A stretch of 63,999 nucleotides of DNA, counting the filler, from Folioceros fuciformis (Eukaryota), in the NCBI GenBank assembly GCA_049999805.1. It is 15 parts of 15 records of this genome, joined end to end, with 100 filler letters (N's around TTAATTAATTAA, not from the genome) between each part and the next. Parts side by side here need not be neighbours in the genome. Positions count along the whole stretch, not along the records: positions 22,692 to 31,360 come from JBNGIO010002635.1; positions 31,461 to 34,473 come from JBNGIO010002636.1; positions 34,574 to 37,204 come from JBNGIO010002637.1; positions 37,305 to 42,562 come from JBNGIO010002638.1; 11 more parts are not named here. One strand, 5' to 3'. Made by a program: the position numbers and the translations under genes. Below are positions 25,776-38,804 of the stretch, piece after piece (the stretch's first letter is position 1; the number at the start of each line of letters is the position of its first letter). Under the pieces are notes generated by a model. It had not been told where the DNA came from. It was given only the letters and a program-made list of their open reading frames with translations, and searched no databases.

Positions 25776-27479
25776 ATGTTAGTATGATCAGTTAGCTAGC
25801 TATTGGCAAGATTGTGTGAAAAAGAAAGGTCTGAGCACTCGCTTTCCAACAAGCTTACTAGTCATGAACATGGCCGTAAGACAAATTGAAAAACAAGCAA
25901 AAAGAGTCGTGGTCCTTGCAAGTCCTGATCAGCATCGCACAAAAGCATCACCGTCACCACACAATCTCAATCTCGCAATACTCTCAGGTGAAGTCCAGCC
26001 AGATCGGTTGTCTGAAATCACCTAGCTGACACTCAAACTTCCATCCGCACCCAGCGATCACGACCCGAATTCCTTCGCTTGTCGGCGCCACCACGAGAAC
26101 CCTGAGAGCGTTGACCCTGGCCTTGGTGATGATCTCCACAAGCGGCATTGGCGGCGCTCACCGTCGCTCTAGCAGTCCCGTTTGCGACCCAACAATCCCT
26201 CGACTCACAGCCTGTTCAGGCTAGGCCAGCGCCGCCTTCCCCAATCCACAGTCCCGAAACGGTAGCTGCAGGCTTGAGCACACGCGGATCTCGAAGCCCC
26301 CTCACACCCAATTTGTTTCTACCGAATCCAGGTCATAGCCGACTAAGTAAGCTAAGCTCCGCTTGGATTCTCATGTGATATGCAGGCCGCTCAATCACAT
26401 CCGTGGCTCCGTGAGTGAGCTTCCGGCACAGTCAACTCAAATCCACGGACAGTCTCATGCTGTCCTTGGTGAAGCTTCCCCCACTCGGCTCCTGGCTCCC
26501 ACACACCAGCTCCCCAATTCCCGACAGATCAACGTCTAGCACCGTCGTGCGTTGGTGCCATTCTGATGCCCGCGACGGAACATCCAACACACAACACTCG
26601 TGAGCTCTCTTGGACGAATCCTGAGGCTCGTGAACACGACTCCTAGCTTGCAATCCTGGCGACCGTGTTTGTGAGTTGTGTAGTAAGTCCTTCACCTAGC
26701 TTCGGCACGTCACACTCAGATCGTCAGTCACACACACACAGCGATGTGGCACATCAGTGTTTGCACTCCGATTTCTGAGAAGTGGGTTTTACAAGTGATC
26801 CCTTGGCCAGCCACATCAAAAGAAAGCCTAGGCTCAACGAGAGAACTTCTAACAAGTGTATGACTAAGCCTAGAAGCCCGATACTTATCTGCCACTCTTG
26901 CTCCTGGCCGTTGCCCGCAGTCTTCCTCCTCTTCGTCAGCGCCATGCCGCCCACGCTCGTAACCTCCTAGCCATTTTGCACAATGATGCTTCTCGCCCCT
27001 GAGCCCTAAACGAGTCGCACGTTTCCTACCTAGCCAATTTTGATATGCCTAATTATATGATTAGCCTAATTACATATGTTTGATTAATTAGATATCCTAA
27101 TTAATCAACATGGCCTAACAAGAGTTTACGCTGGCGTACACCCACCGATACACCCCACTCCCCTCCCTCTCCCTCTCGCCACTCCTCCTGAGACTCATTC
27201 CAACGCTCTCGTTCTCCTCCATCTTCCTAGTGCCTCCACTCCTTCTTGCGCCCCTTCACCCTCTTGGCTTTCTTCTCGTCCTTAATGACGATCCCGCTCA
27301 CTTGAAACCAGACGCGGTGCTGTTAGCATCTTTTCTTTTCCGCCCTTTTCATCCCCCCCCAACTACTCTTCTATGGTACCCGGACAGTTTCTTGAGGCTG
27401 GCAAAACCTGGAGACTCAACAAGGAGCAAATCTAGACGCGCTCCTACCCCAATTTTGTGTCTTGGATAGCAGCCGCAAG

Positions 27480-28730
27480 AGAACTCTTAGAACAGTGGGA
27501 GTTGAGGATCTTTTAGTTCCCCTGGGGCATTAATTCAATGGCGGTCGTCTAGGAATTTGCCTGGACCATGATGCGCTACACTCAAGGCAAGCTTGCGTCC
27601 TCCAAGATCAGTGACAAGGTCTTTTGGGAGGACCAAGTTACCTGCCAACTATCAGTTTTACACCGGAGCTACTGCAAAGGGAGCGAAACAAGCGGCCCAG
27701 GGAATTGTCACTAGCATGGCGAAGGGGCTATCGTGGTCCTTTGAGTAGGTAGCAGCACGAGAGGGTGAGAACATCACCCTTTGGAGGAGGATGACTAAGT
27801 TAGCAACTTAGTTGTCCACCCTAAAAGAACAAGTAGCCGCGCAACACCACTGAGCTATAGGAGGAGTACGATAAATACCAGGAGGAACGAGATAGGTGTT
27901 AGTGGGAGCTGGAGGAGCTCAAGGCTCAGGTTACGAAGCGAACCACCACCTTGGAGAAGCAGCTCGGTAAAGCACAAGGAGAGAACTCTCGGTCGCAAGC
28001 TGCCATGGAAGCCATCCATGCAGAAGAAAGGCAGGCTTGAAGAGAGCGAGAGGCAGACACCTAGGAGGCTTGCAAGCAACATGCGGTGGATCGGGACTGC
28101 TACTAAAAGGAGTGGAATCAAGCACTTGAGGGGGAGAAGGACACCTCCCGCAAAGTGACCGAGGCAGTTCGGCAACTGAAAGAGCTGCGAGGCAACTTCG
28201 TGCAGTACAGGCCGAGAAGAAGGCGGCCCAATGGGAAGTCCGGACCATGAAGTCAGATCTCGTGCAAATGTGCGAGGACATGCAGAGTCACGGACAAGCC
28301 CGGGAAGAAGAGCGGAAAACATTGGTGAGGCAAACCAACAAATCCCGGGCCAAGACAGAGGAGTTGCAGGCCCAATTAGCGGACTACAAGACCCAAGAGG
28401 ATCATCGGGGGGTGACATTGCTCCGGGCCCAAACAGAGGCCATCTCCAACCTTTGCCTCCGAGAGTCCACAACAATCACTTCGTCGGCCCTTAAAGAACT
28501 CTAGAGGTACATTGTCTCGGTTGCAGCACAACACACCAATTTACCTAAAGCCCAGTGGTGGCTGGAGTATTGAACACTCCAGCGGATGGTTGTGGACGCC
28601 ATCCAACAGCTCGACAACAACCATGTGTTCTTCCACAATGAAGTCCTCCGGGTCTTGAGTGAGACCTTGGAGGCCGTGGCAACTACACCCACCCAAACAC
28701 CTTCCTTTGGCGACCCATTTCCTGGACCTC
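27480..28730 (+). pseudogene. Decayed coiled-coil ORF, probably a retrotransposon accessory protein
   Basis: E/K/Q/L-rich helical fragments (e.g. ORF 28247-28504) interrupted by stops and frameshifts. No introns. Embedded among TE debris. Confidence 0.4.
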
Positions 28731-28924
28731 CAGCTGCTGGTTAGATCACCTCAAGTCGGCTATGCTAATTTGCCGATCGCAATCGGAGGAGGAGAATCTT
28801 TGCCCAGGCCCACCTCATCCACCGGATCCGCGCAAGTGGCACCTTTCCTCTGACCGCCCACACAGAAGCCTTCCCATTAAGGGGTGCTGTTAACCACTAG
28901 TTGGCCCATGGTAGAACCAAACTG

Positions 28925-29662
28925 CCAGATACTTAGAATATACAAAGGCCAAATTAGTTGTTAAAGGCTACAGCTAGGATGACAATTTGGATTACAATGA
29001 GACTTTTCCCCCCGTTGTGAAGTCCACCTCTATTAGGATACTTCTTTCTTTTGGAACACATTATGGGCAAACATAATGTTCACATGACGACATGACACGA
29101 CACAACAGGGGGTGGTTGTACCTGTTCATGTAGTTGTACCTCCAATTTTGACTGAATCAAAATTGGTATGTGTTGGTTAGGTTTTGTGTGTTCAGAAGAG
29201 AAGGGAGCAGCAGGATGTGGTGTTACTTGATCATGAGGTACCTGCTGGATGGGTTGAGTTTGCTGAACGGATTGTGGTTGGGTATGTTGTTGGACTTGCT
29301 GTTGTCCATCAGGCAGATGTGAAGACAATTTTCCTCAATGGCTCACTTGACGAAGAGATATACATGCGTCAGCTTGAAGGTTCCGAGGTGGGTATGGATA
29401 AAGTGTGTTTGTTCTTGAAGACTTTATATGGACTTAAGCAGTCTAGTAGGGCTTAGAATGAGACTTTTCATGCTTTTCTCATTAAGCTGGGGTTCACATG
29501 CCTTGACGCAGATAGCAGCATTTATATTTTGTGGGAAGGAGATTATTTCCTCATTTTGACAGCTTGTGTACACTATAGTTTCTTGTTTTGTACTTCAGCA
29601 CCTTTGATAGCGAGGATTAAGAGTGTTTTGGTGTCCTATTTTGACATGACTGATTTGGGTTA
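28925..29662 (+). mobile_element. Ty1/copia RT fragments
   Basis: KAKLVVKGY...DYNETFSPVVK and [20 protein letters not shown]...LYGLKQ. DNA-similar to 24070-24430. Confidence 0.85.
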
Positions 29663-31094
29663 GTGTAAGTCCTAACTTTGGCGGAGTAACGTGAGATGAA
29701 GGTGGTGGACAATGAGGAAGTGTGGCAAGTGGGCAGTCTAAACGACGTACTCCTTTGGGCTCCCAATAGAGTATCGAAGCGAGGAGGGAATGGAGAAAGA
29801 GCGTGGATGCAGCGGAGGTGAATGATGGTAAGAGGGGGAGAGAGGGGTGAGACAGGGACATCCGGACCCGGGAGTGAGACCGATGCTGTGGGAGACCACA
29901 TGTGCAATAACCCTCCCCTGGATTGTTGGTTTAAATGATTTTTTTGTTTGGGTGTGTATTTTGAGTGATAAAGTGTTCAGGTACTGCGGAGGCAAGGGCT
30001 TTTATACTAAAAGTGTCCTTGGCTTATGGTAGCACCACTCCTTGGCATTTGGTTTTTTTTTTCCTTTTGCAAATAAGTAGTCCTTGGGCCATCAACTGTG
30101 AATGTCAGGCCAGGCTAGACAGCCCTTAGGCCTTGGGATTTTTAGAATAGAAATTGTCTATATAAGGAGGGGGGGGGTTCTTCATTTAGCAACAATTGTG
30201 CAGCATAGCCGGCAGGTGGGCCATTCCACAATGGTGGTTGAATATGGAACGTACAAGCATAGGCCAAGTGGAAATAGTAACCCTAGTTGTGGAGTCTAGA
30301 CGGAAAATGATCAAATGAACACTAACAAAGATAGAGCGCAACTGGAAGAAGACCACCATTTACCATTCGGATCTTGTGTGATTCTAGGGCAAGTGGAGAT
30401 TTGGCAATTGGGTGTGGCTGTTATGGTAGTTGGGAGGAGTAGCATGCCCTTGCATGCTAAAGAAGTTTAGGAAGCTGGCGGAGGTGTATAAGCAGGTAAG
30501 GCATGAGGCTAGGGCCAGGGTCAAGAGAGAAACGTGTAGGCCAAAGAGGGGTAGGGGATCACTAGCCGCAGTGGCTGAAACAACCACCGTCGTGGAACCA
30601 GCTACCGGTGGTGGAGTTGGCTATGGATGCTGAAGGAGGAACCGTGGTGGCAGAATCAGGCACCATGGCGGAAGAAGGAACGAAAGTGGTGGAACCAACC
30701 ACCGGCGAAAGCACGGCAGAGGGGGGTACAACCTCCTTGGAATTCAGGAGGGATTCATCTCAGTACTGTCAATGGGGGGAGAGGACCTCTTAGCAGAAGG
30801 GCGTATGGTGTTGCGATGTGGGGATGAAGGTGCACATGCCCCTAGCTTCTATGGAAGATCCTTGGGTGGTCGAGAGTTGTGTGACCCAGCTTCGTGACCG
30901 GTGTGGCTAGTGGAAGGGTGCTTTGCACCTGTGAGGGAGAGAAATTTCTGCAGAAGGTTAGTGCGGAACATGAGTTTTGCGAAACCCTTGGAAAGCTGAG
31001 AGGGAGCACAAATTTCGCCAAACTCTTGTGAAGCTGTCCGGCTGTGATTTTTTCCTTCCTCACTCCGCTCTAACTGGGCCGTGTTATACTCCGT

Positions 31095-31280
31095 GAGGGG
31101 TCTGTGTGGCCCAAGGAGGGGACTGAGTGTCCCAAGGGGAAGCCTATGTGGTCTAGGAGGGGTCTGTGTGGCCCAAGGAGGGGATTGTGTGTCCCAAGCA
31201 TGGGCCTATGTGGCCTAGGAGGGGTCTATTGGGCCGAAGGAGGGGACTATGTGTCCCAAGGAGAGGCCTATGTAGTGGAG
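31095..31280. repeat. 62-bp tandem repeat x3, built of ~21-bp subunits
   Basis: GAGGGGTCT unit starts at 31095, 31157 and 31219. Confidence 0.85.
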
Positions 31281-31460
31281 AAGGGGGCTTTATACCAAGA
31301 GGAAGGGGAATTTCTACAGAAGGTCATGGTGGGAATGCGAGTTTCGCAAAACCCCTAGAANNNNNNNNNNNNNNNNNNNNNNNNNNNNNNNNNNNNNNNN
31401 NNNNTTAATTAATTAANNNNNNNNNNNNNNNNNNNNNNNNNNNNNNNNNNNNNNNNNNNN

Positions 31461-34400
31461 GAGTTGGGGCCTCGGGAGCGTGTTGGTGGGGGGTTGGGGA
31501 TAGGCATGGGGTGCCTAGACTTGCCCTGGCCTTTGCCCTAGGTGCGCCGGGGCTGAGGACCGTGAGTGCAGGCAGCTGGACAAGCCAAGATCAGGGCCAG
31601 GCTTGGCCGGATCTTGGTCGGCAGGCGGGCCGACTTGCTGCAGTGGTGGCTCTTGACAGGATGGCTGATCGATGGCTGAAAGCCTCGGCTGGATCCAACA
31701 AGCCGGGGTGAGCACAAGATGGCTCCAGGCAAGGTAGTAGGAGGGAGACCTGCGGCGAGTAGCCAGGCTAACTGTCGGGCCGGGTCGCGGTAGGGAGGCT
31801 GGCCGGATTAACAGACCGACGGGATCTGGGGCGGTGGCCTGGATTTGGTCGGATCGCGGGCCAGCAGCAGTCCAATAGGCGGCCTGGAGCATGGCCAGAC
31901 CAGGCAGGCCGGGTTGCAGATGGAGGCAGATAGCAGGCCGGAGCCAGGCTGGGGGTCGGCAAGGTCTCGTGAGCAGGTTGGTTGCCTGGCCGAAGCTTGG
32001 AGCCAGCAGTGGCCAGCTGGTCAAGGCTGGAGGCGGAGGCGGGCTAAGAGGGCCTCAATAGTCTGGCCGGCTGGCTGGACTGTGGCCAGCCGGTGGCCTG
32101 TCACATCATGGGGACCGGCCAGGATGCAGGCAGGCAGGCAGACGGCTAGCAGCCTCTGGTTAGTCGGCCTGGTGTGGACTCCACATGCTGAACAGACCCC
32201 TGGGAAATGATAGGTTTTCTTTTTTTTGGATTTGTGAGTGAGTGTTGTAGAGGAAAGGTTGGGACATTAGGTTAGAATAGTAGCTAGATTGATGGTGAGT
32301 CGATAGGGTAGGTAGGTTGTGTGGTAGATAGGACATGGGTTCTGGTTCCTGGGGTAAGGTGACGGAGGAATAGTAAACCCTAGTACGTCATGGAAGGCGA
32401 GCGGGGCTCTCTCTGGTCGATGCTGGTGGAAGCGGGAGACGGGGATAGCGGTGCCTGGGACCGAGGGTCCGAGAGCAGGCGATCACGCAAGGAGGGCCTA
32501 AGGTTGTGGGAGCATCAGGTTCGGGGAAAGTGAGCCAGCCAGATGGCCAGGTAGGGGGAGCGTCAACTCAGGGTCAGTAGGCTGGAGGGTAGTCGGGTGA
32601 GTAATGGACCGGCTGTTCGGCTAGCCACACTTGTCGGCTAACTTGGCCTGGGCGAGGCCAGGCAGCCGGCTGGCCGAGGGAGGAGTAGGCAGCAGCCAGG
32701 TAGGCGGCCTGGCTGCTGGCAGGCCGCATGGCCAGACCCAAGCCGGGGGCTGGGCCGGATCGGACAGGTTGCCTAGCAGGCAGTCGTGTAGGCTAGGCGG
32801 GCGGCTGCTGAGGCAACGGCGGCAGAGCACAAGCAAGTAGTAGCCTGATGGGGGGTTGGCTAGAGCTAGATAGGCGGATGGCTGGTTGGGGGCTGCTTGA
32901 CCAGTCGGCCTGGCGAGCTGCAAACAGGTCGGCGCAGCCAGTTTGGCCTGGCTGCTCGGCCAGTCGGGCTGGTGGGATACAAGCTCAGGCAGCCAGGCTT
33001 ACGAGCTGCCTGTGAGCCGGGGGTTAGCCTGGCCAGGTAGGCAACCGTGCTGATGGGAGGCGGTCCTGCAGGTTGGTGGATCCAACCGGGTTGGACCATA
33101 GACCAGGCTGGAACAGACCGGGGAGGCTGGGGAGCTGGTTGGCTAGCTAGGTTTGGACTAGTAGGCCGACGACCAGGAGCGGCCTGGCCGGCCGGGTTGG
33201 CTGGCGGGCCAAATGACAAACGGATTCGGCCGCCAACGCCAGGCCAGGACGGGCAGGCTGGTTGGCATGGCTGGGCGGATCCAAGCTGGTCGAGACCGGG
33301 GCTGGATCTGGAGGTTGGAAAGCGGTCAGCAGTAGCCGGGTCTTGGTCGGCAGGCCACTCCGAGGCTGTGGTAGTATCAAATTCAGGAGGCAGACCAGCC
33401 AGGCGCGGGCAATGGCATAAGGTCCTGGACAGGTTGGGTGGCGGCACCTCTCCAATGGCTGTAAAATCAACAATTGCAGGCGTCCAAGCGGGGATGCAGC
33501 AAGGCGTTGCGCTGCAGGTAGCTAGATCCAGGCAGTGGCTTTGGTCGGCCTAGCCGGATATGCGATTGGCGGCAGCTGGTAGCTGGCGCATCCAGCCAGC
33601 CAGGAGGCCGTATCGACAAGCGGTATGACAACGGATCTAAGCCGGTGGGTGGCTGGCTACGCCGGATCTGGGAAGGGGGGGACCTACCCGGCCAAATCCT
33701 TGAAGATGGGAGGCCGGTGTGCAGCCCATGGCGGCTGACCAGGTCGGGCTGCTAGCAGGCCAGCCGCCTGGCTTGTAGGAGCTGGCCGGGGTGGACTTGG
33801 GCCGGGCAGCAGAGGCTAAGCGGGCCATCAGCGGCCGGCCAGCGGAACAGGCTGCAAGCGGCCAATCCGACAGCCCTGTATGGCAAGTGGCCCGGTAAGG
33901 TGCTTGGGGGCAGATCCCGAAGCTAGGCCGGCGCCCGGCTTGCTGGTAGACGGGACTGGATCCGGAGTTTAGCAGGAAGGGTGGCAGCACAAGCACACCC
34001 AAGCCAGGGGCGGCGCTGGACCAAGCCAGGCAGACCTCGGGCTGATCCTAGCCGGGCTGGCTGCAGCTGATCGAGGCTAGGGTGCAAGCGGCTGATCAAG
34101 GCCAGTTGGCAGGCGGCTGAGCGAGGAGGCAGCCAGGCAGATAGCCCGAGGACTAGCAGAGATCGAGCAGATGGCTGGCTGGTCGATGAGCAGGCGGGTT
34201 GTTGATGGATCTGGGAAGTCTGGCTGACCGTCTAGCCGGGCTGACGGGAGCAGATCGAGGCCGAGCCCTGGCGGCGTGGATAGGGCTGGCTGTGGCTGCT
34301 CACGACTGAGCCAAGCAACCTGGAGCACACAGGAGTAGCCAACCTGTAGGTCGACTGGCTGATTTGGGGGGCCGGCTGGTCGGGCTAGCCGAGCTAGCCG

Positions 34401-34473
34401 GTGGAACAGTGGCAAACAGATCTGGCCCGCCAGCAAGCAGTCAGGTAGCCGCCTAGCGACTGGCTAGGATGGA
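31461..34473. repeat. GC-rich non-coding repeat family (contig 6)
   Basis: 32173-~33255 matches 35027-~36105. ~33255-33541 matches ~36920-37204. Confidence 0.85.
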
Positions 34474-34573
34474 NNNNNNNNNNNNNNNNNNNNNNNNNNN
34501 NNNNNNNNNNNNNNNNNTTAATTAATTAANNNNNNNNNNNNNNNNNNNNNNNNNNNNNNNNNNNNNNNNNNNN

Positions 34574-37204
34574 GACACCCTTTTCCCTTCTTTGACCCTC
34601 TCCTTTCCCTTGGATCACCTACAATCCTTCAAAGATCTTCCCTCCATTCTGTTGGCCAAGGCCCATGACCCGGCAGATCTACTCATCTAGTGCCCTGCAG
34701 CCCGTATCCAGACAGCTAACCATCAGCCACGGCCCAGGCACCTTCCCTTGCAGGCACCTTCCCTTGCATCTGCAGTCAGCCGGATCCGCCTGAGACCAGA
34801 GCCCAAATGCCGCTGACTTTCTTGCTTAGGATCCTGTAGCCAGGCCGCAAGTCGCTGCGTGGCTCCCGAATCCAGCCCCCAGCTGTCTCACGAGGGCCAC
34901 CCTTGCCCCCCGCTTGGTAAGCCTAGCCTCGATCCAACCAACTGTTGCTAGGCCAGCCACCTACCGGGATTCAGCCAGCTCGTCGACCGGTCACAATCCG
35001 ACCACCCGCATGGCTGCCTGAGCCCCTATGGACTCCACATGCTGAACAGACCCCTGGGAAATGATAGGTTTTCTTTTTTTTGAATTTGTGAGTGAGTGTT
35101 GTAGAGGAAAGGTTGGGAAATTAGGTTAGAATAGTAGCTAGATTGACGGTGAGTCGATAGGGTAGGTAGGTTGTGTGGTAGATAGGACGTGGGCTCTGGT
35201 TCCTGGGGTAAGGTGACAGAGGAATAGTAAACCCTAGGACGTCATGGAAGGCGAGCGGGGCTCTCTCTGGTCGATGCTGGTCGAAGCGGGAGACGGGGAT
35301 AGCGGTGCCTGGGACCGAGGATCTGAGAGCAGGCGGTCACGCAAGGAGGGCCTAAGGTTGTGGGAGCATCAGGTTTGGGGAAAGTTAGCCAGCCAGATGG
35401 CCAGGTAGGGGGAGCGTTGACTCAGGGTCAGTAGGCTGGAGGGTAGCCGGGTGAGTAATGGACCGGCTGTTCGGCTAGCCACACTGGTCGGCTAACTTGG
35501 CCTGGGCGAGGCCAGGCAGCTGGCTGGCCGAGGGAGGAGTAGGCAGCAGCCAGGTAGGCGGCCTGGCTGCTGGCAGGCCGCATGGCCAGACCCAGGCCAG
35601 GGGCTGGGCCGGATCGGACAGGTTGCCTAGCAGGCAGTCGTGTAGGCTAGGCGGGCGGCTGCTGAGGCAACGGCGGCGGAGCACAAGCAAGTAGCAGCCT
35701 GATGGGGGGTTGGCTAGAGCTAGATAGGCGGATGGCTGGTTGGGGGCTGCTCGACCAGTCGGCTTGGCGAGCTGCAAACAGGTCGGCACAGCCAGTTTGG
35801 CCTGGCTGCTCGGCCAGTCGGGCTGGTGGGATACAAGCTCAGGCAACCAGGCTTACAGGCTACCTGTGAGCCGAGGGGTAGCGCCAGGTAGGCAACCGTG
35901 CTGATGGGAGGCGGTCCTGCAGGTTGGTGGATCCAACCGGGCTGGACCATAGACCAGGCTGGAGCTCAGAACAGACTGGGGAGGCTGGGGAGCTGGCTGG
36001 CTAGCTAGGTTTGGACCAGTAGGCCGACGACCAGGAGCAGCTTGGCCGGCCGGGTTGGCTGGCGGGCCAGATGACAAACGGATTCGGCCGCCAGGCCAGG
36101 ACGGGCTAACCGGGCGGTTTGGCTGGTCACAGTTGAGAGCAGGTACCGGATCGGCGGCTACTGTGGAGGGGACAACCAGGCCAGGCCGTGGCGTCTGTGG
36201 AGCTGGCTGTCGGTGGCCGATCCAGGTCGGTGTAGGCCGCGAACGGGCAGCTAGCAGGGGATCGACAGCAACTGGGGACTAGGCCGTACCAAGCGGGCCG
36301 GAGCGACGATGGATCTTAGTTCCAGGTAGGTGCCGCCATCGGCAGGTATCGATTAGGTGGTTCTGGGGTAGATCTGGGCGGCCAGCGTGGGTCGGTGGAA
36401 GCTGCGGGGCTGCCTGTGGTGCAGTCAGTTTCGTGGTTCTTGCGAAAAGATGCAACATGTTTTCTGTGCTCACCATAGGGGAAAGAGCTGGGCCATGGCG
36501 AAAAGCCACCAGACAGGACGTGGGCTGATCCAGCTCGGTGTGGGTTAGACAGGCAGGGCGGAACAGGATCCGCTGGCCTTGCTGGCCGATCTAAAGCAAG
36601 CCAAGCTGCTGCAAGTGAACAGGGCAGGCCGGCTTGGAATCGACTGGTGATGGCGAGCTGCTGGAGGGCGGGCTGGAGCTGAGCTGGGCAGCTGAGTTGG
36701 TCGGCTGGCTACTGAGGAGCCTGGCCTAGCTACAGGCAGGCTGCGGGCGGGTCTGCTAGGCTAGCTTCTGGCCAGGTTCAGGAGGGTAGGAGGCCGGGCA
36801 TGTCGGTGGCAGGCCAGCTGAAGGGTAAGCGGCCCATCTCGGAGTCCGGGCTGGCTGTGGCTGCTCACGACTGGTGCCAGGCAGCATGGAGCGCAAAGGA
36901 GCAGCCAGCTGCCGGGCAGGCTGGCTGGCCTGGCTGGGCGGATCCAAGCTGGTCGAGACCGGGGTTGGATCTGGAGGTTGGCAAGTGGTCAGCAGCAGCA
37001 GGGTCTTGGTCGGCAAGCCGCTCCGAGGCTGCGGTAGTATCAGATTCAGGAGGCAGACCAGCTAGGCGCGAGCAATGGCATAAGGTCCTGGATAGGCTGG
37101 GTGGCGGCACCTCTCCAATGGCTGTAAAATCAACAATTGCAGGCGTCCAAGCGGGGATGCAGCAAGGCGTTGCGCTGCAGGTAGCTAGATCCAGGCAGTG
37201 GCTT
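34574..37204. repeat. GC-rich non-coding repeat family (contig 7)
   Basis: Long near-identical blocks shared with contig 6. Base skew flips from C-rich to G-rich at ~35027. Confidence 0.85.
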
Positions 37205-37304
37205 NNNNNNNNNNNNNNNNNNNNNNNNNNNNNNNNNNNNNNNNNNNNTTAATTAATTAANNNNNNNNNNNNNNNNNNNNNNNNNNNNNNNNNNNNNNNN
37301 NNNN

Positions 37305-38271
37305 ACGGTTGACAGGTAGGATATGAAATGTCACGAGACTTGGACAGAAGCAAAACAGGCACATCCACGTGTGCCTTTCCCCTCGACACCCTGTGACTCT
37401 TCACCACAGTTGGAATCTCGAGCTGCTAGTCAAACGTCCGGAATCTGGCCGGGAGAAATCCTGACGTGGTCTATACATCTCACGCTCAAAATCATTTCTT
37501 CTGGCAAATACAAATGCTGATTTCTCAATGAGAAGTAGGGGTGACAACTAGTCACTCAAAACTTGCAATTTCTATTCCAACCTGGTAAGATCTGTCAATT
37601 TCACCAGTGCACAGTTTTGTAGTTGAATTGGCTGTGATGGTGATTGTTGCTGACAATTGCCATTCGCTATATATCCTGCAGGCACTCCATCAGGTCTGGG
37701 TTGACCAGAAAATGATGGCCTTGTGGCCTGCTTGTTTTTGCGTCTTAGCTTTTTTAGAGTACATACTACAGCAATATTCTGTACAGGTTGGGCATCTGGA
37801 TAATCATTCCAGATTAGTAGCATAATCCATAGAAATTAGGCTAACTTTGACTTGTAGGAAGGGAAGAAGGGTCTTCAACAAGATTCAGCTAGCATCTGGA
37901 GATGGTGCTTAATTCTGTTGAATTCCCAGCCGCTCTTCTTACTTGTCCAAATATTAGCTCATAGAAATTAGATTCTTAGCTTCTCATCCTACGGGGCAGC
38001 GGAAGTGTGTACGATAGCAAAGTTTGTAATTGTATATGCTCATGGCTCTGATACCATGATAATTACTGGACATGACAATAGAACATGACCAGAAAGGAAG
38101 AGCAGGAGAGAAAAGAACATAAGACAATTGATAAGAAGAATAATAAAAAGTGTTTAAAGTATGCCTATATATGCATTAGGTGCCTCTTCAGTAGATGACC
38201 CTTAGATAATAAAACCTAAATATAAATAACCCGATAATTAACCCTAAGCGAGTAAGGCTTAATTCCTAACA
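37305..38271 (-). mobile_element. 5' end of an LTR retrotransposon: ~215-bp LTR (38057-38271), tRNA-iMet PBS (38045-38056), leader
   Basis: The minus strand reads TGTTAGG...TATCA immediately followed by TGGTATCAGAGC. Confidence 0.85.
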
Positions 38272-38804
38272 GGATGTAACTAGGCAGCCGGCACCGGATC
38301 TAGGCAAGCTCGCAAGCGGCCTGGCTGGGTCTAGGCTGCAGTTGGCAGGTCCAGCCAACTAGGAGGCCGGGTGTAGAGCGAGAGATGGCCGAGCAAGGAG
38401 GCGATCGTAGCCGCCAGGCAGGGCAGGGCGGGTTGCAGGTGGCCTGGCAGCTGTTGATGAGGAGTAGGCTGCTTGGTAGGCGGCTGAGCAGCAATGTTCC
38501 GGCAGGCCGGCTGGTCAAGGCTGGGCTAGAATGGGGCTGGCTAACATGTGAGGCTCAAGCGGGGCGTGGCCGGCCTGGCTGGCCGATCTGGGGCCAGCCA
38601 GGCGGGCTGCAGGCAGGTAGCCGCTTTAGCATTCTGTGCCTCCAACTCATCTAGCTTACCTTGTAAATCCTTTGAAACGTAGACTTGTTCCCGTAGTTGT
38701 TCCTCCACCACCTTCCTAGTTTCCTCAGACTAGGCAAGGTCCCTTCGACATGGAATGATCTCATGTGATAAACCTTGTTGGGAAGTTTGCAACGTGGTCA
38801 CCTG

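Noticed and set aside
18994-37204. Many Pro/Ala/Gly/Arg-rich ORFs in GC-rich contigs
   Set aside because: They overlap on both strands, have no domains and are broken by indels between copies, as expected from GC content alone.
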